Positions 41,080 to 53,289 of a stretch of 64,000 bases of DNA are shown in pieces; within the stretch, counting starts at the first letter, position 1, and every line of letters begins with the position of its first letter. Under the pieces are notes generated by a model. The model did not search any database, was not told the origin of the DNA, and worked only from the letters and a program-made list of their open reading frames with translations. The stretch comes from Octopus sinensis (Eukaryota): contig NC_042997.1 of assembly GCF_006345805.1 (NCBI RefSeq), positions 132,804,001-132,868,000 of the forward strand. The letters are read 5' to 3'. Position numbers and translations under genes: made by a program.

Positions 41080-41541
41080 CATGGATGTATGTATGGATCT
41101 ATGCATGTATGTATGCAAGTATGTATTATGTATGTATGTATGCATGTGTGTATGAATGTATGTATGTATGTATATATTATATATGTATGTATGTATTTAT
41201 GTATGTATGCATGTATGTATGTATGTATTTATGTATGTATTTATGTATGCATGTATGTACTTATGTATGTATGCATGTATGTATGTATGTATTTATGTAT
41301 GTATGTATGTATGTGTGTATGCATGTGTGTATGAATGTATGTATGTATGTATGTATGCATGTATGCATGAATGTATGTTTGTATGTTTGTATGTATGTAT
41401 ATATGTATGTATGTATTTATGTATGTATGTATTTATGTATGCATGTATTTATGTATGCATGTATGTGTGTATGTATGTATGTACGTACGTACGTATGTAT
41501 GTATATATGCATGTATGTATGTACGTATGTACGTACGTATG

Positions 41542-41573
<32 letters not shown>

Positions 41574-41608
41574 CATGCATGTATGCATGTATGTATGTAT
41601 GTATGTAT
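41070..41608 (+). repeat. Compound (TATG)n satellite
   Basis: Direct reading of the sequence. Confidence 0.95.
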
Positions 41609-41769
41609 AACTTGTCCTGGAGACGGTGTATTGCGAGGAACGTGCGCTTTTGACGATATCAGAGTGAGCCGAAGCAGCAAAATGGCAATTATTGAACCGT
41701 TGACGGCTGAAGCGGACGTTTCTGTTGTTTCGTTCATACGAAAGACGTTGACTTGCTGAATAAGATAGT

Positions 41770-42046
41770 TTACTGCGCTTGGCTAGTTGAGTATTGTTGA
41801 GTGTGACACGTTGTTCTTATTGTTAAATTGTCGTTGGAGCTGCCGGCGCTGTTGGTTCTGTTGCCGTTGTTGTTATTTGTGGTGGTAGTGGTGGTGGTGA
41901 TGGTGGTAGTGTTGGTAGTGGTGGTGGTGGTGGTGGTGGTGGTAATGTCGGTGGTGTTTAGATACTGATCAATTATATTCTTGTCGCAGTATTCTCGTTT
42001 CCAGTGGAGTCTTGGGATTACATTATCCAATGTGTACGATCCTTCT
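41770..42046 (-). CDS. Candidate terminal coding exon of an unidentified host gene
   Basis: ttag| acceptor at 42047/42046, then an open frame EGSYTLDNVIPRLHWKREYCDKNIIDQYLNTT..(T)n..(N)n..QAQ*. The sequence is GC-richer and unique; no homology recognised. Confidence 0.3.
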
Positions 42047-42354
42047 CTAAGTCAGTAGAGTATGTATAAATTTAGAGACAATTCCCTTCTGTTTCTAGCA
42101 AGTTATTCGACCTGTGGCAAGTATTCGTAGATGGTAAAAGACGGAGAAATCGCAAAATAGGAAGAGTATATCTTATCTTCAGATTTGCAGCGGATCGAAA
42201 AAAAAAAAAGGAAACACTGGACGTACTCGGGAGCCTCAATGTTGTTTAGCTTGGCCGAAGACACGATGAGGAAATAGTTGTAACTGATTGTAGTTAAACA
42301 TTTCTTCCATCTTTCAGGAACTCTTTTCTAACCATTTTATTGTTTATTTTTAGC

Positions 42355-42680
42355 CACAAACGTGGTTACAGCGTTGGATCCACAATCATGAGGTAGTGGG
42401 TTCGATTCCCGGACCGGGCTTGAGCAAGACCCTTTACTCCATGTTTCTCCAGTTCACTCCGCTGTAGAAATACGTTACGACGTCACTGGTGCCAAGGTGT
42501 ATCGCCCTTTGACTTTCCATTGGATAACATCAGTGGCGTGGAGAGGGGAGGCTGGTATGCATCGGTGACTGTTGGTCTTTCATGAACAACCTTGCCTCGA
42601 TTTGTGTCTCGGAGGAGAACATTGTAAGTACAATCCCATGTTCATTCATGACCGAAGGAGGTTTTTACCTTTTACCCTTT
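42355..42680 (+). mobile_element. Family D-related SINE
   Basis: gtggttacagcg..gggttcgattcccgg..tgagcaagac; body related to 47440-47755. Confidence 0.72.
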
Positions 42681-42714
42681 AATCACAAACGTACAAGAAT
42701 GTAAAAGGAATTTA

Positions 42715-42936
42715 CAGTAATCCCTCGACTATCGCAGGTGTTACGTTTCAAACCCCACTGCGATAGGTGAAAATCCGCGAAGTAGAAACAGTACTGTACA
42801 GTATATTTTTTGTAATATTTTTAAAATTTGTATATATTCATTTTATTATAAATGCAAAACAACATCACGGAGGAATCGACACAAGCTTAAATAATAATCC
42901 GCGATAGGTGAACCACAATGTGGTGAGAGATTAATG
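42715..42936. mobile_element. Tigger/pogo-type MITE
   Basis: TA-flanked imperfect TIRs cagtaatccctcg..atcgc and gcgatagg..gagagattaatg, with an internal ccgcgatagg repeat. Confidence 0.75.
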
Positions 42937-44054
42937 TAAACTAAACATAAACTACAAAATAGTTGTGACTTTTAGTAAACATTTTGCGCATCTTTCTGGA
43001 ACTCACTTGTTACCACTTAATTACTTGCCTTCCAGGATTTTAAACTAAACATTTACGGCAGATGGCGGAATAGCTATCATTATAGTAATTTCATCCATCT
43101 TTCTAGAGCTCATTCTATACTATTAAATTAGTCATCCTCAATCATAAATCTATAGACATTTAAGCTAAACACTAACCGCACGGTTCTTGATCAATTATGC
43201 ATTATTATCAAGACCAGATATAAGTCATAAAACTTGGATCTGTCATGAGCCCCAATGACTCATAAAGACCGGAGCTGAATCAGTTTCCTTGGCTGAGATT
43301 ACAACACACTCCACAGAACGGAACGCCAGTTCGTTACAGAATTAACTTAACTGCTATTACTGCCGAATGAACTGGAGCAACGTGAAATGAAGTGTTTGCC
43401 CAAGAGCGCAATGCGCCACCCAGGCTGGGAAACGAGATCACGACCGTAAGACCATGAGTGTAATGCACTAGTCACTAGACCACGTGTCTTCATTACAGTC
43501 TATAGCCATTGACTAATTAAATCCTGACTCGCCAGGTAGAGTAATACCATCACGTAGCTTTAGCGTTACTTGAGAGGAGTCCACTCTTTTTCAAAGATCT
43601 ACGAGGTCACCATTGTGATATTATATGAGCAGTTTGCTTGCTCCTACTAATCACACGAGTCATGAAAATATCATAGAATACGCCATTCTTCTTCAGACAC
43701 TAAGCTAAGAAAACAAAAACGAAATAAATAAATATTTAACTTTATTATGAAATCAAATAGATATCATGCCTATATTTAAAAACAAAATTACTTGGCAGAA
43801 TCCCTAGGAACTCTCCGAAATACACATTAAATTTCATGTAACAAATACAATTAAAGAATGGAGAAGACAAGCTAATAGAAATTTGTGAGAATCATAAAAC
43901 TGTAATCATTCGCCGTAAAATAAATAACGTGAGTGCTACATCATTAGAGCAACATCGTTTGCTTCTGGCAACATACTTCGTTTTAATTACATACTGACTG
44001 CTAACAAAGATCAGATATTTTCCCCGAGCATGAAAATACTTTTTTTCCCCCGAA

Positions 44055-45618
44055 ATTAATTCTTAATTTCTTGGTATAATCGTCCCTTTTCTCCTGGAGT
44101 CACTAAAAATTGCCATACAGTGTTTTTGCTTGTTTGCCTTCAACTGAGATGCAAGTTTCAGTTAATTGAAAAGAAAAAAAAAAAGGAACTGTGTATATCG
44201 TTCAGCTCTTCATCCCCTGCCAGACTTACGATGTAAACATACCATCGTAATGTCATTGCATTTATTTCATCTTTTCGTTCCTTTCTCCTGGGTGACTATT
44301 AAAGAACATTTAGAGTCGCGAGGGGATATGGATAGTAAATACATTCGGAAAGACGTCTGAATGTGGACGAAAACCTTTTAAATGAAATTTACAGACTTCG
44401 ATTTTAATGTTATGGTTATAATTTGATCTGTTTAACGGTGATATAGAAACAAAATAGAGATAATGAACAATATAAAGGACTCGCACGATGAATCATATAT
44501 TAGGGGAAAAAAGATAAGAGAAAGAGAGAAGACGAGGAAAAAGAATCACTGACAAAACAAAAACTTCATTTTCTACATATTCTGTTACACCGCCGTTAAA
44601 ATACATTTCCGTATCCTACCCAATCTGGTGCTATCTATTTTCTGATTTAGTTTTGAACGTCAACCTCTAATAAATGTAACCTTCTTAGAATTTTCCTCGT
44701 ATAGCATAGACGAATGTAAGCGTAACTACAAGTGACTGTTGACGCCCATCATCGTTTCTTTCTAGAAATCGTAAAAACGTACGCTGAGTTTAAATGAATT
44801 AATAAAACGTTCATATAAATCGAAATTGATTTCTTTTAACTTTTGAACGAAGAATCATTGTTATTGTCATCACGACTTGACTTCTGGCTTTGAATTCTTG
44901 ACTACAGTATCGTATATCTTCAAAAGGGAATTAGGTAATAACAATATATATTTTAACATCACAGGAAAACGATTCGTTTGAACCCGTAGGGGAAATGTTA
45001 AATAACAATTTTCTAGCACAGACGCAAGACTAGGAAATTGAACTGAAAGGAGGTAGGGAGCGGTTTGTTGAAAGATCCCAGTACTTTACAGTTACGTTAA
45101 ATGAAGTTTTTGTTTTGTCAGTGATTCTTTTTCCTCGTCTTCTCTCTTTCTCTTATCTTTTTTTACCCTAATATATGATTCATCGTGCGAGTCCTTTATA
45201 TTGTTCATTATCTCTATTTTGTTTCTATATCACCGTTAAACAGATCAAATTATAACCATAACATTAAAATCGAAGTCTATAAATTTCATTTAAAAGGTTT
45301 TCGTCCACATTCAGACGTCTTTCCGAATGTATTCACTATCCATATCCCCTCGCGACTCTAAATGTTCTTTAATAGTCAACCAGGAGAAAGGAATGAAAAG
45401 ATGAAATAAATGCAATGACACTCCGATGGTATGTTTACATTGTAAGTCTGGCAGGGGATGAAGAGCTGAACGATATACACAGTTCCTTTTTTTTTTCTTT
45501 TCAATTAACTGAAACTTGCATCTCAGTTGAAGAAGGCAAACAAGCAAAAACACTATATGGCAATTTTTAGTGACTCCAGGAGAAAAGGGACGATTATACC
45601 AAGAAATTAAGAATTAAT
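44055..45618. repeat. Long inverted repeat (foldback): arms of about 520 bp, spacer 527 bp
   Basis: 44055-44571 is the reverse complement of 45099-45618, with a few substitutions and indels. Confidence 0.92.
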
Positions 45619-45773
45619 GTATTAACTGCGAGAGGATGAAAGATTATGTTGACGTCGGTGTGATTTGAACCTAGAATATAAAGTGCTGGGACAAATACCG
45701 TAAGGCATTTTCTCCGATGCTCTAACGATTATAATGACATGACTCTCACAAAGACCTACTGTAGTCGAGTATA

Positions 45774-46098
45774 GGAGCACTCCGTCGGTTACGACGACGG
45801 GGGTCCTAGCTTATACGATCAACGGAACAGCCTTCTCGTGAAATTAACGTGCAAGTGGCTGAGCACTCCACAGACACGTGTACCACTAACGTAGTTCTCA
45901 GGGAGATTCAGCGTGACACATAGTGTAACAAGGCTGGCTCTTTGAAATACAGGTACAACTCATTTTTGCCAGCTGAATGGACTGGAGCAACGTGAAATAA
46001 AGTGTCTTACTCAAGGACACAATGCGTCGCCGGGAATCGAACTCATGACCTTACAATCGTGAGCCGATTGCCCTAACCACTAAGCCACGCGCCTTCAC
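45774..46098 (-). mobile_element. tRNA-derived SINE, family D
   Basis: Head gtgaaggcgcgtggcttagtgg..gagttcgattcc followed by a tgtgtccttgagtaagacact core. Confidence 0.88.
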
Positions 46099-46499
46099 AA
46101 GTATACTTCTTCGAGTATACTTCTTCCAGTAATACAGGATTCTTGTGTTACTGAAAGTCTATAAGAGCGTTGAAATGGCACAGTAGTTAGGGAGTTGATT
46201 AGGAATTCTGCATGTTAATTGTTCCGGTTCGTATCTATAGCTAAGTGAATCCATACTGCGAGGGTTATGTATCTTGACTAAAGAGCGCTAACGATTAGTT
46301 ATGATATACTCATCAAATCTAATCTAATTTCAAAGTATGTTGATGAATCCTTAGCGATTCCTTTCATGGGAGTTCATTACTTTTGTTCGGCTAAACGTTA
46401 ACAAACATCATTTCTACATATTCTGTTACACTGCCCTTAAAATACATTTCCGTATCCTACCCAATCTGGTACTATCTATTTGCCGATTTACTTTTGAAC

Positions 46500-46930
46500 A
46501 TTTGTTACTTGTTTCACTCATTCGACAGCGGCCATGCTGGTGCACAGCTTGAAGGGTTTTTTTCCAAGAGAAATGGTCCTCATAATTTATGGTATTTTCT
46601 TTTATATCCGGTACTTATTTGCTTTTTCGAACCTCTAAGTTACAGGTACATAAACAAACATCAGATTTTAAGCAGTGCGGAAGGACAAACACAGACTCAA
46701 AAGAGCACGCACATACACGCAGGCGCGCACTCGTTCATTCACTCACATATATGTATGTATACACGATGGGCTTCTACATAGTTTCCGTTAACCAAATTCA
46801 TTCACAAAGCATCGGTCGATAGAAGGCTATTATAATAGAATACACCTGCGCGAGATACCATACAATGGGACTGCACTTGAAAACAACTGCTTGCAAAGCA
46901 AGCATCTCAACCTTACAGACATGCCTGCAC
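46500..46930 (-). mobile_element. Diverged family A-related SINE
   Basis: Contains cggccatgctggtgcac and gtttccgttaaccaaattcattcacaaagcatcggtcg. Confidence 0.65.
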
Positions 46931-47009
46931 CTGTAAGATAAATAACAGAAATATATTTGGATCAATTTTATGCAATTTTTATTATTTTGTACTTTAGGTA
47001 CAAGGGCCG

Positions 47010-47350
47010 AAATGTCAGGGGAGGGGGCCAGTCGATTACATCGACTCCAGTACGCAACTGGTACTTCATTTATCGACCCCGAAAAGATAAAAAGCAAAGT
47101 CGATCACGGCGGAATTTGAACTCAGAACGCAAAGACAGACGAAATACCCATTTCTTTACTACCCACAAGGGGCTAAACACAGAGAGGAGAGACAAACGGA
47201 TTAAGTCGATTACATTGACCCCATTGCGTAACTGGTGCTTAATTTATTGACCCCGAAAGGATGAAAGGCAAAGTCGACTTCGGCGGAATTTGAACTCAGA
47301 ACGTAACGGCAGACGAAATACAGCTACGCATTTCGCCCGGCGTGCTAGCG
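47010..47350 (-). mobile_element. Two tandem partial family B SINEs
   Basis: The block gcaaagtcga..ggcggaatttgaactcagaacg occurs twice. Confidence 0.85.
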
Positions 47351-47439
47351 TTTCTGCCACTCGCCACCTTATGCACTTTATATTCTTGCCTACAATATGT
47401 AATCACAGTCCATCGTAAGAAATAATTATTATCTTCGAC

Positions 47440-47755
47440 CCCTTCGGTCGTGACTGACCATGGAACTGCACCTAGAAAGTTACCCTCCGAGGCACAAGTC
47501 CGGGCAAGGTTGTTTATGGAAGACCAGCAGTCGCCCATGTATACCGGCCTCCCCTCTCCACGCCATCAGTGTTATCCAAGGGAGAGGTAAATGTCGATAC
47601 AGATTGGCACCTGTGACGTCGCAACTCATTTCTGCAGCTGAGTGAAACTGGAGCAATGTGAGATAAAGTGTCTTGCTCAAGAACACAACACGCAGCCCGG
47701 TCCGGGATTCGAGCTCACAACTTCACGATCGTAAGCTCGACGCTCTAACCACTGC
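47440..47755 (-). mobile_element. Family D-related SINE with a different 3' body
   Basis: tRNA head plus ttgagcaagacacttt core; body related to 42355-42680. Confidence 0.75.
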
Positions 47756-47831
47756 AGTAAAAGAGCAGTAAATTGTAGAATCAATAGTGAGGTGGACATA
47801 ATGCTGTACGGTATGTGGTTACGTTTCTGAA

Positions 47832-48041
47832 GGCGGCGCGCTGGCAGAAACATTAGCACGCCGGGCGAAATGCGTAGCTGTATTTCGTCTGCCGTTACGT
47901 TCTGAGTTCAAATTCCGCCGAGGTCGACTTTGCCTTTCATCTTTTCGGGGTCGATAAATTAAGTACCAGTAACTTAATCCGTTTGTCTGTCCTTGTTTGT
48001 CCTCTCTGTGTTTGGCCCCTTGTGGGGAGTAAAGAAATAGG
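47832..48041 (+). mobile_element. Family B SINE
   Basis: Matches the family B head, core and tail. Confidence 0.88.
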
Positions 48042-48349
48042 TATGTGGTTACGCTTCTCTCTCTGTCTGTCTGTCTGTCTCTCTCTCTGTCTGTCTGTCT
48101 CTGTCTCTCTCTCTGTCTCTCTCTTTCTCTCTCTTCTGTCTCTGTCCTTCTGTCGCTTTTTCCTTTCTTTGGTGAGTTCAAATCTCACCAAGTTCGAATT
48201 TGAGACTCATCCTTACACGAGAATAAAACATAATTACTAATTAGATACTGAAGTTGACTGAATCGCTCATAGCACTTACAAATACCTAACTTTATACGTT
48301 GTTAAGAAATCCATTCACAAATATACAATATATATAGTAAGAAATTAAC

Positions 48350-48930
48350 GTATCTCTCCCTCTTTATTTCTGTGTTCCTTTCTGACGAAGAGCGAAGGCT
48401 CGAAATGTAAAAGACTTTCTCACTTCCCGAGCGTTAAACTAATAAACTAACACATCACACACCACCATACCATACCACATCACACCACCCGGCACACACT
48501 CGCACTGACCACTTCCCAGCACCCACACTAGCGCACACACTCGCACTGACCACTTCCTACCACCTACACCATCATCCACACACCCACTCATGCACACAAG
48601 TACACGTCGATATCACCAACCCCTTCCACACGCACATACATGCTCTCACACATACACGCACGAGCACCTTCGTTTTGGGATCACCACTACTTTATTATCT
48701 CCCATCTTCCTAGCTCTCCTGTGTGACCCCTCTGTCCGGCATTCGCCATGATAGATAGCTAGCCACTAAAACTTTTTCTATTTTCTTTCCCTGTTTATTT
48801 TCACGTGTTCCTTTCTTTCGAAAAGCGTAGAATCGAAACGTAAAAGACTTTTCTCACTTCCCAAGCGTTAAATGAATACATCTGTTTGTTGTTTACACAC
48901 CCGTCTTCGACTTTCTTTTTTTGTGAATTC
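48350..48930 (+). mobile_element. Hammerhead-family element with two direct hammerhead-bearing termini
   Basis: Motif at 48378-48413 (CUGACGA core) and a degenerate motif at 48811-48846; the spacer is homologous to 27630-27850. Confidence 0.65.
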
Positions 48931-48936
48931 TCAATA

Positions 48937-48974
<38 letters not shown>

Positions 48975-49384
48975 TATATGCATATATACACACATATATA
49001 TACCTGTATACACATATACACACATATATAGTTAGCCAGATAGAAAGATAATCAGAAAGACATATACTACATGCATGCGAACATATACATACGCACTTAT
49101 ATAATTATACGGAAACTGTCATGATGAAGATCAAAACATCTCGAGGCAAATATCTCAATGTGAAATGGACAAAGTGCACAGCATTTCCAGACGTTGCCAT
49201 AGCAATATCTTTGACTTACAAAACACGCAAAAGACAAATTACATGTTGAAAAGTTTGAGATACGAAAATTATGTTTTTCGAAGTTGTATTACTTTTACAG
49301 GTGTATACATCTGAAACTGTCTTTTCAGAGCGTCTTGAGAAGAAATGATTAACATACTGAGGAGAAAAATTTGATAACTAACTG

Positions 49385-49695
49385 GTACTCCGTCGGTTAC
49401 AACGACGAGAATTCCAGTTCTTCCGATCAAACGAATAGCTTGCTCGTGAAATTAACGTGCATATGGCTGAGCATTCAACGGACATATGTACTCTTAACGT
49501 GGTTCTCAGAGAGATTCAGCGAAGTACAGAGTGTGACAAGGTTGGCTCTTTGAAATACAGGTACAACTCATTTTTTGCCAGCTGAGTGGACAGAATCAAC
49601 GTGAAATAAAGTGTCTTGCTCAAGGACACAACGCGTCGCCGGGAAGTGAACTCAGGACATTGCAATCGTGGGCCAAATGCCCTAACCACTAAGCA
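49385..49695 (-). mobile_element. tRNA-derived SINE, family D
   Basis: Homologous to 45774-46098. Confidence 0.85.
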
Positions 49696-49755
49696 AACAC
49701 ATACACACACATATGCGTCCATGCGCACATTCACACACTACATACATACATACAG

Positions 49756-49799
<44 letters not shown>

Positions 49800-49872
49800 T
49801 ATATATATATAAAACTATATATATATACATACATATATATATATTATACATACATATATACATATAATATAC

Positions 49873-49921
<49 letters not shown>

Positions 49922-49977
49922 ATATATATACATATATATACATACATATATACATACATATATACATACATGTATAT

Positions 49978-50020
<43 letters not shown>

Positions 50021-50194
50021 TCACACATATTTATAAAGCGAAAGGAGGAGAGAAAGTGAGAGAGAAAGAGAGAGAGATTGCTGGGCTGGGAATAGTGACG
50101 AGAAAGAAGTATAAAATAACTTAAAAGATTTTAATATGAAGAAATAAATCTGGTTGAACGTTTCCCAAAATAAATTTGCATATTCTCTGTCCGC

Positions 50195-50264
<70 letters not shown>

Positions 50265-50444
50265 GTTCCTCTCTCTCTTTCTCCACTTAATGTCTTCCAT
50301 ACTTTTATAAACTTTCTATACATCCGTAAATGATCTGTTTTCACGACAGTGTATCTTAAAATTTTTGTAATCGTGTCGTCTGTTGTCACTGCGCTAAATA
50401 AAAGAAATCACAACCCTATCATAATCTTTAGCATTATTTGTAGT

Positions 50445-50588
50445 GGTAGTGATAGTGGTGGTAGCAGCAGTAGCAACAGTAGTAGTAGTATTAGTAGTAG
50501 TAGTAGTAGTGGTGGTGGTGGTGGTGGTGGTGGTGGTGGCGGAGGTGGCGGTGGTAGTGTTGGTGGTAGTAGTAGTAGTAGTTGTAGC

Positions 50589-50624
<36 letters not shown>

Positions 50625-50704
50625 GCTGGTGCTGGTGCTGGTGCTGGTGCTGGTGGTGCTGGTGGTGCTGGTGGCGGAGGTGGCGGAGGTGGCGGTGGTA
50701 GTGT

Positions 50705-50739
<35 letters not shown>

Positions 50740-50743
50740 GTGT

Positions 50744-50793
<50 letters not shown>

Positions 50794-50826
50794 TAGTAGT
50801 AGTAGTAGTGGTAGTAGTAGTAGTGG
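50445..50826 (+). repeat. (GTA)/(GGT)/(GGTGCT) low-complexity tract with an internal duplicated block
   Basis: Direct reading; ggcggaggtggcggtggtagtgttggtggt occurs twice. Confidence 0.9.
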
Positions 50827-51699
50827 TTTCCTATCACATGTCAGGTGCACGGTGCTAAACCATAATGGAAAATGTCTTTTATCTCTTGATTATTCATTCA
50901 CACTTGAGAGTGAATGTCACGAGAGGAAATTAATATATAAGATATTTATTTTTCCTCTCGTGACATTCAATCTTAAACGCTTTCTGCCGTGTTGCAAACA
51001 AAATGTAAGTGGGGGAGGGGGAAACACACACAGACACAAACCAAGGAAAAGAAAAGTATAGGCAACGATTGAGACAGAGAGGAGGACAGGAGTAGAGAGA
51101 GAGGTAGAGAGGGGGAGAGAGATAGAGACAGAGACACAGGGAAAGAGTGAGAGAAATTATATAGAGGGGGATGGAAAAGAGAGAGAGAGTGAGAGGAATA
51201 GAGAAAGAGAGAAATAAAGATACATATATATACGAAGAATGAGAGAAAGAGTGATAGGGAGGCGAGTGAAGCGAGAGAAAGTAAGAGGGGCTTAAGAGGA
51301 AAGAAAGAGAGAGAGAGAGAGAGTGAGAGTGAGAGAAAGAGCAGTTGAAAAGAAAAGTGAATTCAACAAAGAATATAATGAAATAATATTTTGTCACGGC
51401 GTATGATATGAGTGAATGATCTGTAAAAGAAATGTATGTGTGAGAGATATGTAGAGAGAGAGTAAGAGTAAAAGAGGGAGTGAGAGAAAGGGAAGAGAAG
51501 AGAGAGAAGGAAAGTGAAGGAAAGAGGAGACTGTAGAAAAGAGAGAAGGACAGAAAGAGAGTATTAGAGACAGCGTGTGCGACTTTGGTTATTATGAGAA
51601 TGTAAAAGTGTTCATGTTTTTGTGTTTTGCGTAGTTTTGGTTTTGTATTGTTCGGATGAGGAAGGCAGCTTCTGTGACCCTTATTTCTTTATTGCCCTC

Positions 51700-51915
51700 A
51701 AGGTGCTAAACATAGAGGGGACAAGCAAGGACAGACAAACGGATGAAGTCGATTACATTGACCCCAGTGGGTAACTGGTACTTAATTTATCGACCTCGAA
51801 AGGATGAAAGGCAAAGTCGATCTGCGCGGAATTTGAACTCAGAACGTAACGGCAGACAAAATACGGCTACGCATTTCGCCCGACGTGCTAACGATTCTGC
51901 CAGCTCGCCGCCTTT
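51700..51915 (-). mobile_element. Family B SINE
   Basis: Reverse complement of the family B sequence. Confidence 0.88.
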
Positions 51916-52023
51916 CCATGACCCTTGTTAGGGTCTATGAGGCCGGTGGAGAGTGGAGAAGGGAGGAAACTGTCTCCAAACCAGAAATCATGACTTGGAG
52001 GATTTTTGCAGCAGAATGGACTT

Positions 52024-52262
52024 AAGGCGGCGAGCTGGCAGAAACGTTAGCACGCCGGGCGAAATGCTTTGTGGTATTTCGTCCGCCGCTGCGTTCTGTG
52101 TTCAAATTCTGCCGAGGTCAACTTTCAACTTTACCTTTCACCCTTTCAGGGTCGATAAATTAGGTACCAGTGATGCACTGGTGTTGATGTAATCGACTTA
52201 ATCCGTTTTCTGTACTTGTTTGTCCCCTCTGTGTTTAGCCCCTTGTGGGCAATAAAGGAATA
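52024..52262 (+). mobile_element. Family B SINE with 15-bp target-site duplication
   Basis: agaatggacttaagg occurs at 52013-52027 and at 52263-52277. Confidence 0.9.
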
Positions 52263-52441
52263 AGAATGGACTTAAGGTACTTAAAAAGCTGTCGTGGTGT
52301 TAAATCAGGTGAATGGTGGAATCAGTGGTTCTCAACCGGTGTCCATAAGATCCTTGGGGTGGGGTCCATATAAGATTTTTTGTCGAAGTTTTTGTTGATA
52401 GACACATAACCTTCAAACCTTTCTTGGATCGTTGCATTATA

Positions 52442-52992
52442 TTGGGTTGTCCGGAAAGTTCGTACAGATTTTTAAAGGAAAGAAAAAGGTCGATAAATAC
52501 TTGCCATTACATTTTTAATCAACCAAATATGAACCATTTTGTTGCACAATGCGTCTCCATCTTTCCTTTAACTTGAAAATACCATCTTCCCAGAAATGAG
52601 GTGGTTTCATGACAAAGAATTCATCAAGGTATCTTTTTACGTCATCCAAGGAATTGAAATTTTTACCATTACGACTATTCTACAGAGACCTGAATTAGTG
52701 GAAATCCGAAGGAGCAATATCTGGTGAATATGGAGGGTGGGGTAACACATCCCAGCCGAGCTGCAGCAATTTTTGTCTGGTTCCCAAAGCTGAAAATGAA
52801 CTTTCTTATCTTCTATTTTAAAGGGTTACAAAATTAACACAGGTTATAAGAATATAAGCCTTCTTCCACGAAAAGATACCTTAAACTGTACTCTAAATGG
52901 AGGTGTAGTCAAATTCTATTTTATAGACTCAACCTAAAATAAGTCGAAAGGTAAGCTACTATAAATCGGCGCGAACTTTCCGGACAACCTAA
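52442..52992 (-). mobile_element. Internally deleted mariner element with both TIRs and TA duplication
   Basis: TIRs ttgggttgtccggaaagttcg and cgaactttccggacaacctaa, each flanked by TA. Minus-strand relic reads LGWDVLPHPPYSPDIAPSDF..WEDGIFKLKERW. Confidence 0.92.
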
Positions 52993-53289
52993 TACGTGGC
53001 CCAGTATCCCGGCACTCCTTCGTCTTACTAAACTTGTCTTTATTCTCAGCTGCTTTTGAATTTCGATATACGATATTTGTTGGTTGACAATCTCTACCCT
53101 CTTCATCAACCTCATTCTACAGTCGATGACTTTATGAACGTCATCTTCTTCACTGGTGAACATCTCACTGCTTTCATTGATTTTAAGCCAACGGAGTGAC
53201 GAATAAATACTTGCTTCTGTGGATCACAAAACCAAGAAAGACTAAGTTGTCTGTGTTTGGTCTCTATTTAAAAAATTTATTTATGTCGA

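Noticed and set aside
50349-50858. Gly/Ser/Ala-rich ORF resembling a structural or silk-like protein
   Set aside because: It is a trinucleotide tract open in most frames, with no splice or signal-peptide support.
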